This document shows positions 13,417 to 25,478 of a stretch of 64,000 nucleotides of DNA, piece after piece. Source of the stretch: Haliotis cracherodii. Lineage: Eukaryota. Below the pieces are notes generated by a model, which saw only the letters and a list, made by a program, of their open reading frames with translations, searched no databases and had not been told where the DNA came from. A program made the translations under genes and the position numbers. The stretch's first letter is position 1. Every line of letters begins with the position of its first letter. The DNA is taken from NCBI RefSeq assembly GCF_022045235.1, contig NW_027266275.1, positions 59,210,001 to 59,274,000 on the forward strand. Direction: 5' to 3'.

Positions 13417-13576
13417 TGAGTGAGTGAGTATGGTTTTACGCCGCTTTTAGCAATATTCCAGCAATATCACGGCGGGGGACACCAGAAATGGGCTTCACAC
13501 ATTGTACCCATGTCGGGAATCGAACCCGGGTCTTCGGCGTGACGAGCGAGCGCTTTAACCACTAGGCTACCAGACC
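13417..13576 (-). mobile_element. tRNA-derived SINE, family 1 (tRNA-Asp-like head), near full length
   Basis: Minus strand reads GGTAGCCTAGTGGTTAAAGCG (A box), GTC anticodon-like loop, GGTTCGATTCC (B box), unrelated body, (ACTC)n tail; at least 7 copies in the window. Confidence 0.85.
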
Positions 13577-13964
13577 GGTTCAGACAGTTTCGAATCCAAG
13601 AAAGTCAGATCGTTTATTCCATGGAAAGCCAGATGCCCTCGTTTATCCGAAACAGGATTCAGATTTTTCGTCAGTTGTTAGATGTAGATATTGTCACAAG
13701 CCACGTCGCATGCTCATCACAAACATCAGAAACTTCTCCCCATGCTTTTGTGAATGTCAAGTCCTAGCCGATTTCTGATGTCATTAACATTGAGGTTGAG
13801 AATGGCTGTAGTGTTCGGTTACCAAAGTCTGCTATATTTTGAAAGGAGCACTTGCCTTTTATCTCAAAGGGTTTGTTGTCACTTAAAGGAGCTAGATATA
13901 CATTGCGACTTTTGGAATCAACACGAAGCACTTTGACAATTGCCAAACGTCCGCTCCCACGGTC

Positions 13965-13993
13965 CTTATCAAGAACAGAGATCAGTATAAATA
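13965..13993 (+). promoter_or_regulatory. Core promoter of copy B: GATA site (CTTATCA) plus TATA box (TATAAATA)
   Basis: TATAAATA at 13986-13993, 53 bp before the ATG; CTTATC at 13965-13970; position conserved in C and D. Confidence 0.6.
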
Positions 13994-14038
13994 GCTTCTT
14001 TACTCACTATATCTTCAGAACGGCTTCTTGAAGGCACC

Positions 14039-17000
14039 ATGTTGGGGGTTGTTCTCATCCTATTCGTTGGGCATGCTCTTGCTGTACCAATAGATCAGGT
14101 CAGTATATTACACATACCGCTCTTAATAGGCGATAGGGGCGGTCGGGGTTGCCTAGTGATTAAAGCGCTCGCTCGTCATGCCGAAGACCCTCACTCACTC
14201 ACTTAATAAATCACTATTGATTAAATTTTCGTAACTTTTCTAAAACCATACAAAGTAAACGCTTGATTAAGTTTGAATTTAAGATTAATGGATAATTGTA
14301 TTAACGGAAAGAGACCGACATACCCCAGATACTTAAAGATCAAATTTTAAACATTAAACAAAAGTTTGAGTCACACCTTATTTGTGAAGAAATAAAAAAT
14401 CTTCGTTTCTCTTATTCAGCTTCCAGACTTCGATGGTAAGTGCAATATGATACATAAACATATAGCTTTGAGGTAAGCGCTTTTACAAGCGTTTATTTAT
14501 AAACGAATCACATTCTTTTTCTAAATCTGTTTATCAACTGTTTGGCTGATGTAAGGCAATATTCATGTATGGTGTGATACCACGTCACCTGGCTACACTA
14601 CCTTATCCTAATGACTGGCAACCACAAGTGAATGCATGCAAGAAGCCAGTTTGTGATCTGTGGACATACCGTCATCTCAGTTTGGTATTTTGTTTGTTTT
14701 TTAACGCCGCCTTCAGCAATATTCCAGCTATATAGCGGTGGTCTGTAATAATCGAGCCTGGACCAGACAATCCAGTGATTGACATCATGAGCATTGATCC
14801 ACGCAATTGGGATGCCATGACATGCATCATCCACCAATTTAAGTCTCAGTAATGACACACATATGCTACAATAGACTCAGTGACAAGGTGTTTGTTGAAA
14901 TTGATATATAAATGAACATATAATTGTTTTGTAATTTTTGCATTTATTTGTGAAATTTGAAGATAATGTTCATTTATTCATTGTTCCATTCTTGTTTTAT
15001 TTTTCTAGAGGCGTACCCGGAGGAAACCCCTGGTAGGTTCACAAATAATGAAGATTATTAAGATTTTCTTCGAAAGTTTGTATAAGTCTTCTCAATTATC
15101 ACGTCGCTATATAAGTGGAATAGTTTTGAACGCGATATTAAAATTTCACCTCACCACTGCACCTGTTTAAGGATATGATCCAGGCATTCACTTTCCACAC
15201 ACGCATTCATTTTTGTCATAAAAGTATTTTACTATATAAACCAAATGAATATTTGTTTTGGCCAGGCCTCTTCGAGGGAGATATCATTCTCATGCCAGGA
15301 CAAAACCCCAACGTAAGGCATTTTGTTTTGTGTATGATTAAATATGATGAGAAAAATGGAAAAGTATTTAAAGTATCATGTCATAACATGATTTTTTTCA
15401 ATCATTGCGATATATGCAAACTTCGGTATTGTCAAAACATGTCTATTTTACAGGACAGAAATGCGAGAAGAGACAAAAACTACCGATGGCCAAATGGCGA
15501 AGTTCCTTTCGAAATTGACACCCATCATTTCTGTAAGCAATGAAAAGTTGTTCTGAACAAATATAAACAATTAAAGATGAATTTGGATTTCAATACATGT
15601 GCATGAATACATACAATAATTGGAAATTGAAACAATTAATATCACATTTATAATTTGAAATCATTCCAAAATAGTTATTTTCAAAATTTCAAATGTTTCA
15701 ATGACATAGTTTTGAATATAGGACAGCCACATGAATGCTGCCGTAACAACAATGAATTTTAACGTAATCAGAGAGCACTTCATACACGTTGCTATGCATA
15801 TCTCGGTTATCACATATATTTTCTAATGTAGCATCGTCTGAGGAGAGTACCATACATACTGCCATGCAGACAATTCATGAGAAGACCAAGGTCAATGGCA
15901 AAGCGTGCATCACTTTCAAACCCCGCACAAACGAGCATGCCTACATACGATACGCGGGAGGATCGGGGTAAATACCACATAGTTCATTTGTAGAACTAGC
16001 TGAACCCATCATGACTTTGAAACAAAAACTGTACTATTCAGTTATATCGCTTGCACGAGTGTATGCTTGCATATCGTCCATTTGTAGAACTATCTGTACC
16101 CATCATGCATTTGAAACAAAAACTACACTATTCAGTTATATCGCTTGCACATCGCCCAATGGTACAACTGTACCCATCTTTCATTTTAAACCAGAACTGT
16201 ACTATTCAGCTTATTTCTTGTATAATTGTATTCTTGCACATCGTCCATATATGCAGAACTAACTGCACCCATCATGCTTTCAAAACCAAAACTGTACTAA
16301 TCAGCAAGTTGCTTGGATAATAGTATGCATTCAACTTTCATAAGTTCTACATACTCACCTGATCCATTTACTTGAAATCATTCTGATGCAAAGTGTAAAG
16401 ATACAAAAATAGAAGGTAAACATATGCTTGTGTCACATGACTTGAAGAAGGAATTGTACCCGTGAAGATCCGGGTTAGAATTGGTCTTCAGCAACCCATG
16501 CTTGTCTATTCCCGTGAAGATCCGGGTTAGAATTGGTCTTCAGCAACCCATGCTTGTCTTTCCCCGTGAAGATCCGGGGTAGAATTGGTCTTCAGCAACC
16601 CATGCTTGTCTCGGGAGGCGACTATCGGGATCCGGTGGTCAGGCTCGCGACTTGGCTCGATTCCAACTGCGTGGATCGATGCTCATGTTGTTAATCCCTG
16701 GATCGTCTGGTTTAGACTCGATTATTTACAGACCGCTGTCATGCAGCTAGAATAATGCGGCTACCGTCGGCCCGGAAATCTGAGTTCCTATGTATTAGGA
16801 ATAGTGTTGCGTTAAACAACAAACAAACAATGAAGGAGGGCTTAACCTGCAAACATATGAACTGATGCATGACAGGTGATGCAAACCATAACCAAAGTAC
16901 TCTATACATAAGAAGGAAAAATTACAATGACTGATCGTGTGTCGTTCCAGCCATCAAATGAGTGTTAAACTGAAATGAAAGCTCACCAAACGTGTAGTTT

Positions 17001-20000
17001 GTTTGGAAATATTTTAACAAGGGGTTGTATTTCGTCCATGTAACTGCGCTGAAGGTGTAATCAAAACGGCAAATTCAAGGGTAATGCATGGCCAAGTTAT
17101 AGGGGACAATATGTCTCCATCACCCTCTGTTTGGGAATGGGAACAGATTGTTACAATGAGTGGTTTGGTTTGGTTTACTTCATCGCATATCTCCAACAAT
17201 CAATGCAGGTTTCTTCCTTCCAGCACAAACTGATTTAACTGCAACATGCACTGCGGTGTCGATATAACAAATGGGACATTTCGAAACATACCACTGAGTC
17301 CATAAAATGTATGTTGGTGCAGGTGCCATACTCCTGTAGGACGTCACAGTGGCGTGGATGTCGTGACTCTCGGCAATGGATGCATGAGGTTAGGAACCGT
17401 CATGCACGAGACCATGCACTCCCTGGGGTTCTGGCACGAGCAGAGTCGTCCCGACAGAGATAATTACATCACTATTGAATGGAGCAACATCATGAAGGGT
17501 ACATGTTTTTGATATAAAACCACGTAAGGGGATATTAGTGTAGATCCGAATATCTGTGCTGCTCTCTGTGGACAATTTTGATATTACAACTTCAATTTGT
17601 TATTTTTATGTGACAGGGAGCAGCACAAAGATCCGGTTACCTCAGCTAACCCAGTATAGAGAAAAGTCACATAATGAAAGGTCGTTTTGGAAGTTATTTT
17701 GTTCAATTCAGTTTTCTGGGGCTACATCAATCTGCTGGTAACTGTTAATGTATGTAACACGATAACAGTAAACTTCGGTTATAACGAATTGAAAGGGACC
17801 AATATTTTCTTTCGTTATAACCGTAGTTCGTTATAAGCGTTTCAACTAAAGGATACCGCAAATGGCCGGGATCCAAAAAACAGTTCATTATATCCGTCAC
17901 TTCATTATAAGTTTGTTCGTTATAAACGTAGTTCACTGTAGTTTATCTTTAGATAGTAATATAAATGTTTCGTTAAAGTGAACTGATTCATTAGTTAATA
18001 TATACTTTTTAATAAACCTCTTTGGCGGTGTCAACACAATGAATATCACAAGGCGAAATCTTCAATTCAGCATACCACCTCACCCATACTTCAAATGATT
18101 TTTATTAATTCAGGCCATGAACACAACTTTGACCGTAAAAGCTCTGTAGAAGCCGACACATATGGGATGCCTTATGACTACGAGTCTGTGATGCATTACA
18201 ACGCTTATAGCTTCGCTATAGACCGCTCGAAGCCAACGATCATCGTCAAAAAGACAGGGGTTTCGATTGGACAGAGAACCCACCTTAGCCCTGGGGACAT
18301 TAAGGAAATACAAATCTACTACGACTGTGTAACTCATTCGGGGAAACGCAACTCAAATCCTTCTACGTGTAAGTTTAATAGCCATATCAAAAGCGTTCGT
18401 GATCTTTAAATGGAGTCACATTACCAACATACGTGCCTTATCTGAGGTGGTCTGAAAAATGGCTCAGATAAACATGTTGTTAAAAAATCTAGCAAGGAGC
18501 GACGCCATCGTGATGCGATAATACACGGCCAAGTTACCGTATTCGACGTAATAAGCGCCCCGCTCTAATAAGCGCCCACGGCGATATTTGCGAATATATT
18601 GTCTAGTGAACAATCCCAATTAGCCATCCTTCCGATTGATCAATGTTCACAAGACTTATTTATTCGCGTATGATATGCACTCGTGTGTTAAATGCAACCT
18701 TAATTATTGGCAATAAATTCTGGAAAAATATATCTGTCGTACATGAACACGAAATTTATCTTTCCACTCTGTTTTTTTTCAGCAAAAATAATATTTTAAT
18801 AAGAGCCTCCTATTTCTAATTTTGAGAGCGCCATGGGCGCTTCGTACGTCGAATACGGTATGCATATGAACCAACCGATCCCCATTCGGTCGGATGTAAA
18901 CATGTCTAACACAACAGCTGAAATATATTACTGAGCAGTCGCATCAATAAGGCTTAAACATAATTTTAATTTTAGTATTCATTAAGAAACTTTGGACATT
19001 CGATCATTAATGGTACGTGTTTTGATCTTTTCATGTAGCCTCTGAAACATGCAATTTCCAAACTGATCTCTGCAAATGGCAGAATGGTGGAGACATTAAC
19101 TGGATCCGTACGAGAGGAAGCACTCCGACCTCACACACAGGACCCACGACTGATCACTCCGGGTCATCAAGCGGTGAGTGATGGGGGTGTTACTAGCGTG
19201 CCATTGGTACACTCTGAAACCCCGTAAAATCTTCCACGTAATGACATTTCCGAATTGACGATTATTAGCTGTGTCATATGATTTAATGATATTTTGTTAT
19301 GCCAAACAGAAATACATAGGAAGCCAGGCTTCCGGGCTGACGGTAGCCAGACAAAAGTGGGTTGTCTGCAGTATATCACCAATGGCGCAGCACGTCCAGA
19401 CTCACCAATTCAATGATTCAATTTATTGTCCAATGACAAATATTTCTTGGTTTGTTAGGTAGTACTTATACGCTATGGAAATCATGTGAAATTTATGATT
19501 TGTTTCTTGAAGTGTTTCGGCGTGCAGATGCTTAGTACAAAAACTCTATACCGGAGTCAAAAAGTAAATAATACATCTGGGCGAGTTGAAAAACGAAAAA
19601 AAAAACCCCAAAGCAATAGTAATATTTATTATCTCCGTGGAATTTTATTCTGACCATGAATGCCTTTTCATTACATATAGTTATGAAAACGAACAGAACC
19701 CTTTATTATGTATTACCTTTCAGGTTACTATGCCTACCTTGAAGCATCGGGAAATGAACACAAGAAAGGCTACCTCTTGTCCGAGACATTTGCTGCAGGC
19801 AACTACTGTCTGAGCGTCTACTACAGCATGTATGGCCATGACGACGGAAGTCTGAAACTAGGGTTGCAAACAGGAGGCCATGATATGAACTTGCACACTG
19901 TGTCTGGTGATCAGGGTCACGGGTGGCATCACTACATGACCAACCTTGAAGTTAAAACTGGGGATTTCAAGGTGAGTTGACTGCTAGACGTGGTACGTCC

Positions 20001-20308
20001 CTAACAGGATATGGAACCAATGCTATATCACTCAAACAGATTGCACATGCTGAATTGTCAGGTTCAAAATTCAAACTGAATTGTTTAGTGAGATGAGATA
20101 TGCGTGAGATATGTTACAGCGATACCACGAGCCAAACATGAAAACCGTATCACAAATGCACCGTTAACCATTTGTACCATTGCTTCATGTGTAACGCCGA
20201 TCTTCCTTGTTTTAGGTTAAAATAGAAGGCGACATTGGCAGTGCCCACAGAAGTGACATTGCCATTGATGATCTGACTGTTACCAAAGGCGACTGTTCTT
20301 CACTATAG
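14039..20308 (+). CDS. Secreted astacin-MAM metalloprotease, copy B (422 aa)
   Basis: Exons 14039-14098 (signal peptide MLGVVLILFVGHALA), 14420-14435, 15009-15032, 15266-15312, 15454-15532, 15832-15967, 17323-17498 ([19 protein letters not shown]), 18114-18368 (SVMHY), 19039-19173, 19724-19971, 20216-20308. Sum is 1269 nt, all introns GT-AG, AATAAA at 20370. Confidence 0.93.
14685..14830 (-). mobile_element. SINE family 2 3' part in intron 2 (paralogous copies at 47312-47460 and 55783-55930)
   Basis: GCTGGAATATTGCTGA..GCGGCGTTAAA tail motif shared with the other copies. Confidence 0.65.
15985..16310. repeat. About 94-bp intronic tandem repeat (about 4 degenerate units in B; about 4 at 57449-57800 in D; single unit in C)
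   Basis: Recurrent TAGAACTA.CTG.ACCCATCATG...TTGAAACAAAAACT..ACTATTCAGTT. Confidence 0.8.
16458..16830 (+). mobile_element. SINE family 2 in intron 6 of B with a triplicated 5' segment (single in C at 49194-49434 and D at 57941-58182)
   Basis: CCCGTGAAGATCCGGG.TAGAATTGGTCTTCAGCAACCCATGCTTGTCT occurs three times, followed by the body and an (AAAC)n tail. Confidence 0.75.
17766..17938. mobile_element. pogo/Tigger-like MITE in intron 7 (also in C at about 50407-50580 and D at about 59143-59310)
   Basis: Imperfect TIRs CAGTAAACTTCGGTTATAACGAA / TTCGTTATAAACGTAGTTCACTG followed by TA. Confidence 0.7.
18537..18858. mobile_element. Tc1/mariner-pogo-type MITE in intron 8 of B
   Basis: TIRs CCGTATTCGACGTAATAAGCGCCC / GGGCGCTTCGTACGTCGAATACGG with TA duplication; empty TA site in copy D at 59908-59909. 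Confidence 0.9.
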
Positions 20309-20689
20309 CAGAGTTACTAGCTGACGAGCGTGACTTCATTAAAATATGATTCTTATTTCATGGAATGTCAATAAACTGTAATGTTATACAGTTAGCGTTA
20401 TTATTTCATTTTGTTTCTCATAAATTGTTTATCAAAGAATTCCTGATGAATTTATGTGATAAAATATTTAGTTCACCAGATTAATTCAATTTGTGCCTGT
20501 TGCCATCAGATTGCGAAGCGAGTGGAAAGTGGGACATGTGTTGCAAAGAGAATAAATATGCATGTACCTACATATACATGTACCAGGTATTTATAGTACC
20601 TCGCTAAAGACATCGGACACGATAATCTACCCGCTGGAACAAGCCTTTAAATCGCATCGAATCAATATTCAAGCTCAAACATAGATATG

Positions 20690-21145
20690 GATAAATGGAT
20701 AACAACTTTTGGTTTGATGCATACAGCCACGTTTTGATGTAGATTCTTACACCGTTATGAAGCTGGAGCAACCAAGTGATGAAATGTATATATAAAACAA
20801 GCTGATAATTGGATGAAGCAAAATGTACAGTCGATGGGGTGGGGGTGCGGCAATTAGCTTGGAGGATAGTTCTAAGGGATGGGGAGCCAGTAAAGATGGT
20901 ATCGATACCTGTTTGGCTGTAAAGTAATCTGCTGATTTGATGAGACGTCTTGCCAATGTAGGGGAGGGTGATTGTGATGGGGGCGGATTCTGATCTGGTT
21001 GGTTTGGGTTTGGGCAGGTGTGTGGTGGAGATGGTCCTTTTGTGTTGTGCGGATAAATTGGACACTTTGACAACGTATCAGGCATGTCCAACACCAATGC
21101 ATTTTGGCGTCTTTTCAGGAAGCCATTGTCTTGATTAAAACATAT
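20690..21145 (-). mobile_element. Internally deleted Penelope-like element relic downstream of B (paralogs at about 53565-53900 and about 61850-62320)
   Basis: ITLPYIGKTSHQISRLL..GIDTIF....LRTIL resembles a PLE RT C-terminus; degenerate hammerhead-like terminal motif. Confidence 0.6.
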
Positions 21146-21183
21146 GTTTATTCAATATATAAATAAAACCTGTAATACTAATA

Positions 21184-21186
<3 letters not shown>

Positions 21187-21251
<65 letters not shown>
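21187..21251. repeat. (AT)n microsatellite
   Basis: Directly visible. Confidence 0.95.
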
Positions 21252-21256
<5 letters not shown>

Positions 21257-21315
21257 ACATACAAAAATGAGGTAAATGTTCACTCGGTGTTCACTCAGCT
21301 CTTCAGTGTAACTGA

Positions 21316-23553
21316 CATTCTACCATGACATTGATGAATGCTTGATTCTGATTGGTTAAGAAGAGGTTTTCTTTTTGCTACGGAAACCCCTTTGAAATAT
21401 ATTAAGCCTTGTCACAAAAAAACGTGCGTATGAATACATAGATAGCCCATATATCGATTCACAGAAAATGGCTGCCGATCGATCACCCCCATATGAACTG
21501 TAAAACATATCTATATTTCCTCTAATACACGCTGGGTCTCTAATACCAGACAGATCTCCAATACACGCCGAGTCAAGGGCTCTCGCGAAATTAATAAACG
21601 GCGTATAGTGTAAAATAGAGGAAATACGGTAGTTTGATATCGGATGTTTGGGGCGTTCTAGGCCGCAACCCTGACTGCTTCGATGATGACATTAAAAGAT
21701 TTAACGAAGACATATCTTTTGCATACAAATGAAATGTTTATGAAACTGTTAGAGAAATGTTCTATGGTGATCAGAATCGGAACAATTTAAGCTATTCCCT
21801 CATTGAAACAACCGACAATGAAAGTAAAATATAACATTATAAAAATTGTTTGAAAAAACAACATCACATCAGCAGGGATAGTTAGTCAACGTGTTAATGT
21901 TGAACAGCATCACACTGTGCATCAGTACTGGGTTGTCTTCTGGTTTCCTGCAATTCTTTAACAGCACTCTTACTGTTAACAATTTCTTTGGCAGCCATAA
22001 CTGAGTGCATTGCAGATCTAGAGACAACCGGGACACGTTAGGACGGTTCTCATTTCAGGGTGGGGAGGTATAATTCAAAGATTCACACATTCAAAATAAG
22101 TGAAAGAGTGATATCTAATAAATTTTGTTTACAAAATAATAATTGTTCATTTTTTTGGTAACTTTTTCTGAAACCCACGAACAGGTAAATCTAATTTCAT
22201 TATTGAAACAACCGACAATGACAGTGAAATATAACGTGATAAAATGTGTTTGAAGACATTTTATTCATGACAACATGGTGTTTACAAACCTTTTTCTGAT
22301 CGATATCCATTAGCCTATTATCTCCGTCAACCACCACCGTTAGAATTTGGCAGGAGGGGATTTGAAAGCGCATCAGAAAACACTCCCTTTCGAAAGTCCA
22401 CGAAAACAATGTCCCAACTGAAGTGACAGCTTATCAAACTTGATGAAATTCTTTTCAGAACACGCACAATTATGAAAATTATACACGACCTACTATTTCT
22501 GGACCAAAAATGTCTAAGTTCTGTCACTATTTGGCTTTTGATCCGTGAAATCTTGAAATTGACAGGTCACACCATGCAGATTCCTCGTTTCAAAATATCC
22601 GACTCGTCTGCAGCCTAAACAGCGGCTGTTCAGTCATACTCAGTTCCATTGGTAATCATATGGATGTACCAGCAGGCTCGATCAATCCCAGTAAATCTAC
22701 AGGTAAATGTTGAACCATATCACAGATCGAGGTTGTCATCTTGCTTCTTTTAACTAGATCAAGTTAATGTAAACACATGATTGTCAGCCATTGACAGCTG
22801 TGAGGTGTGAGTAACCGTGATTTAGGTCAAGTTCTGCCACATCCAAGTTCGGGTGGAGAGGCATTTACTTTGATGTTATCATTGTTTACTGGGGGTAATT
22901 GCTATCTAACTAATAACTCTTAGACATGCTAAATGTATATCAGAATGTAAATTCATAAAGTTTGCTGTAGAAATATATTCGTTTAACATTTTAAAACATT
23001 TTTCTATTACCCTTCACCCCTACAACATAAATGATGGCATGTTCGATTTCCAAGAAATGACCTCTCTCACAAATTTCCGAGAAACGACAGCCAGTCCACA
23101 GTGTTCAACAGTGTGCAACAGTTTGATAGAAATTAAAACATCTATCTTTGGATTAAGTTAGGAGTGTTATTTGTCAACTTCGTTTGAAAAACTATGTGTT
23201 TTGAACACTTATTATAAACTACTCACGACTTAGGTGTTTTGTAATCTTGACCTTCAGTAATATTTGTTACATATATGACTACCTGTGACCACTTTTCGGA
23301 ATGTTCTAAGATTGCGGACCTGTGCACCTGTGTTAATACGCGTTGCAAGAGAGCGCCGTTTTCAAAGCGTTGTTGCCGTCATGGTAGAATGGAGATAAAC
23401 CTACTGTGTTTTGAAATTTGATGTAGTCCCACTGTAGAATAGATACCTCTTTATTATAAATTTAAAGCGCTCGGTTCAAAATTATAATAAAGAGGTATCT
23501 ATTCTACAGTGGGACAACATCAAATTTCAAAACACTGTAGGTTTATCTCCTAA
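21316..23553. mobile_element. Unclassified 2.2-kb insertion with an asymmetric 14-bp inverted repeat and a terminal 160-bp fold-back
   Basis: CATTCTACCATGAC (21316-21329) / GTCATGGTAGAATG (23378-23391); palindrome at 23391-23550; it splits the PLE 3' repeat. Confidence 0.55.
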
Positions 23554-25478
23554 ATGACATATGATATGACGTCATACTTATGATGACGTCATAAATTACA
23601 ACTGTGACGTCTTAATGTATTTACACACTCCAGTGACGACACCAAGTAATCTAACAATTGTAAGGAGACATTTGAATTAAAATATACAGTATTTGTAAAG
23701 TAACAGTGTAACATTTACGATTGAAATGACAAATCTATTAATACATTCTCGAGTTCAATTTGGGTTTCATCAATTGGATAAACATTTGTTATTTTTCCAG
23801 TCTCAGCTGCTTGTTACTTTGTATACAATTTATAAAACGGAAAAATACTAAACATCTCATAACATACACCACATCTTTGCTGCGGCAGTTCATGTCGGCT
23901 TTTACATTAAAACCCTTGCCATTTGCAAAAAGGAAAGTTGTACCTTCACTTATGATGTTACACGTGCTGCATCTTGGTGTGTTACATCTACTTACACATG
24001 GTACACTCTCTGTACAAGAATATTTGGATGGACAAAGAATTTGCTTGAGATTTTTTGGTTGCCTGGTACTTTTTATAATTTAAAATTTATTCAGTCCTTG
24101 TTTCATTTTAACGCTTTGCTGTAGAATTTGGAGGTTGTCCCTTATGACTGGCATGATATCACAGTTATTAGGATTGAAGGTGGACACAAACGGTATAATT
24201 TGATCGCCCACAGATTTTTCATTAGGTTTCAGGAGAGTATGTCTCGGAATTTTTAACGACTTTTCTATAGAGTCATTTATGACGTGAAGCGGATATCCTA
24301 GCTTCCCGAGATACCCCATCAATTCTTTCAATCTTAAGTCTCTTTTATTCGTTTCCGACACGATGGTACACACTCTCCGCGCAAGTGAATAAGGAATGTT
24401 AGTTCTTGTATGCCTGGGGTGACATGAACCGACTTGTAAGTATTGATGGGTGTCCGTTGGTTTGTAGTAGATATCAGTTTTCAATTTAGTATCTTCCTTG
24501 ACTACAAGGACGTCCAGAAATGGAATTTCGCTATCGCTAAATTCCATAGTAAAACTGATGGAAGGATGGAGCGTATTAATAATATCCAGAAAAATGTCTA
24601 AATTTTCACGAGTTGAGAGCCAAACTAAAAAAACAATCATCAAAGAATCGCTTCCAAGTTTCGCGCACATGTTTGGCAATGGATTCTGACATGGAATCGT
24701 GTACCTTCCTGTAAAATATATCCTCTATATAACCAAACACAAGTGTAGCGTATGTTGGAGCGACTTTCTTTCCCATGGCCGTTCCCTTTCTTTGATGATA
24801 GAATTTTCCGTTGAAACAGAAGGTATTATTTTCTAAGACTAATCTTAAAGATTCCACGATGAAGCTTTCCGAAAATTCAGTGTCAATAGCCTCAGGATGT
24901 TTTCTCAGCCAAAATTGAACTGCTTCCAATCCCAGATCATGGGGTATGTTGCTAAATAAACTCTTCACATCAAAGGTGGCTAGAGTCGCATCAATAGGTA
25001 CTGCATCGGGCAGGTGGGTAAGAAAGTCTACATCGTCTCTTACAAAACTCGGTACATGCTTGGTTAATGGTTTTAAAATGATATCGATGAGATTACCTAG
25101 GCGCTGAGTCGGGCTGTTCGGTCCTCCGACAATCGGCCTGAATGTCAAATCAGGACAGCTGGTAATCTCGATATACTCCGCATTCTGTTCGGCAATGGTG
25201 TTATTTATCAATTTACTTTTATGGATCTTTGGTAGTCCGTAGAAATTAGCCGTCTGCGGGTCACAGTTTATTAAGTAGTCTTTTTCTTTAGGGTGTAGAT
25301 CTCCAGAGAAGTCTTCACTATGTTTTTTAATTGTTGAATTACTTGGTGTCGTCGCTGGAGTGTGTAAATACATTATGACGTCACATTTGTAATTTATGAC
25401 GTCATCATAAGTATGACGTCATATTATATGCCATTGTCAGTTACACTGAAGAGCTGTCATGAGACAGCGAGAGTACTA
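23554..25478 (-). mobile_element. Penelope-like retroelement (RT plus Cys-rich linker plus partial GIY-YIG; Neptune-like), 5'-truncated, with an inverted terminal repeat
   Basis: ORFs 24606-25373 (FYGLPKIHK, RPIV, TFDVKSLF, GTAMG, RFFDD) and 24080-24679 (PFLDV, YYKPT, SCHP); CNTPRCSTC..MNC..VVYVMRC at about 23860-23990; 23554-23660 is inverted relative to 25330-25435. Confidence 0.88.
25446..25478 (+). ncRNA. Minimal hammerhead-ribozyme-like motif in the PLE terminal repeat (core mutation, probably inactive)
   Basis: CTGAAGA, stem II GCTGTC/ATGA/GACAGC, GAGA (consensus GAAA), palindromic AGTACT, then A. No downstream stem I partner is visible. Confidence 0.55.

Noticed and set aside
13500-13576. 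tRNA-Asp(GTC)-like gene (also about 46690-46760 and about 55275-55345)
   Set aside because: The acceptor stem does not pair well, and the head is always fused to the same body and ACTC tail, so these are SINE heads rather than tRNA genes.
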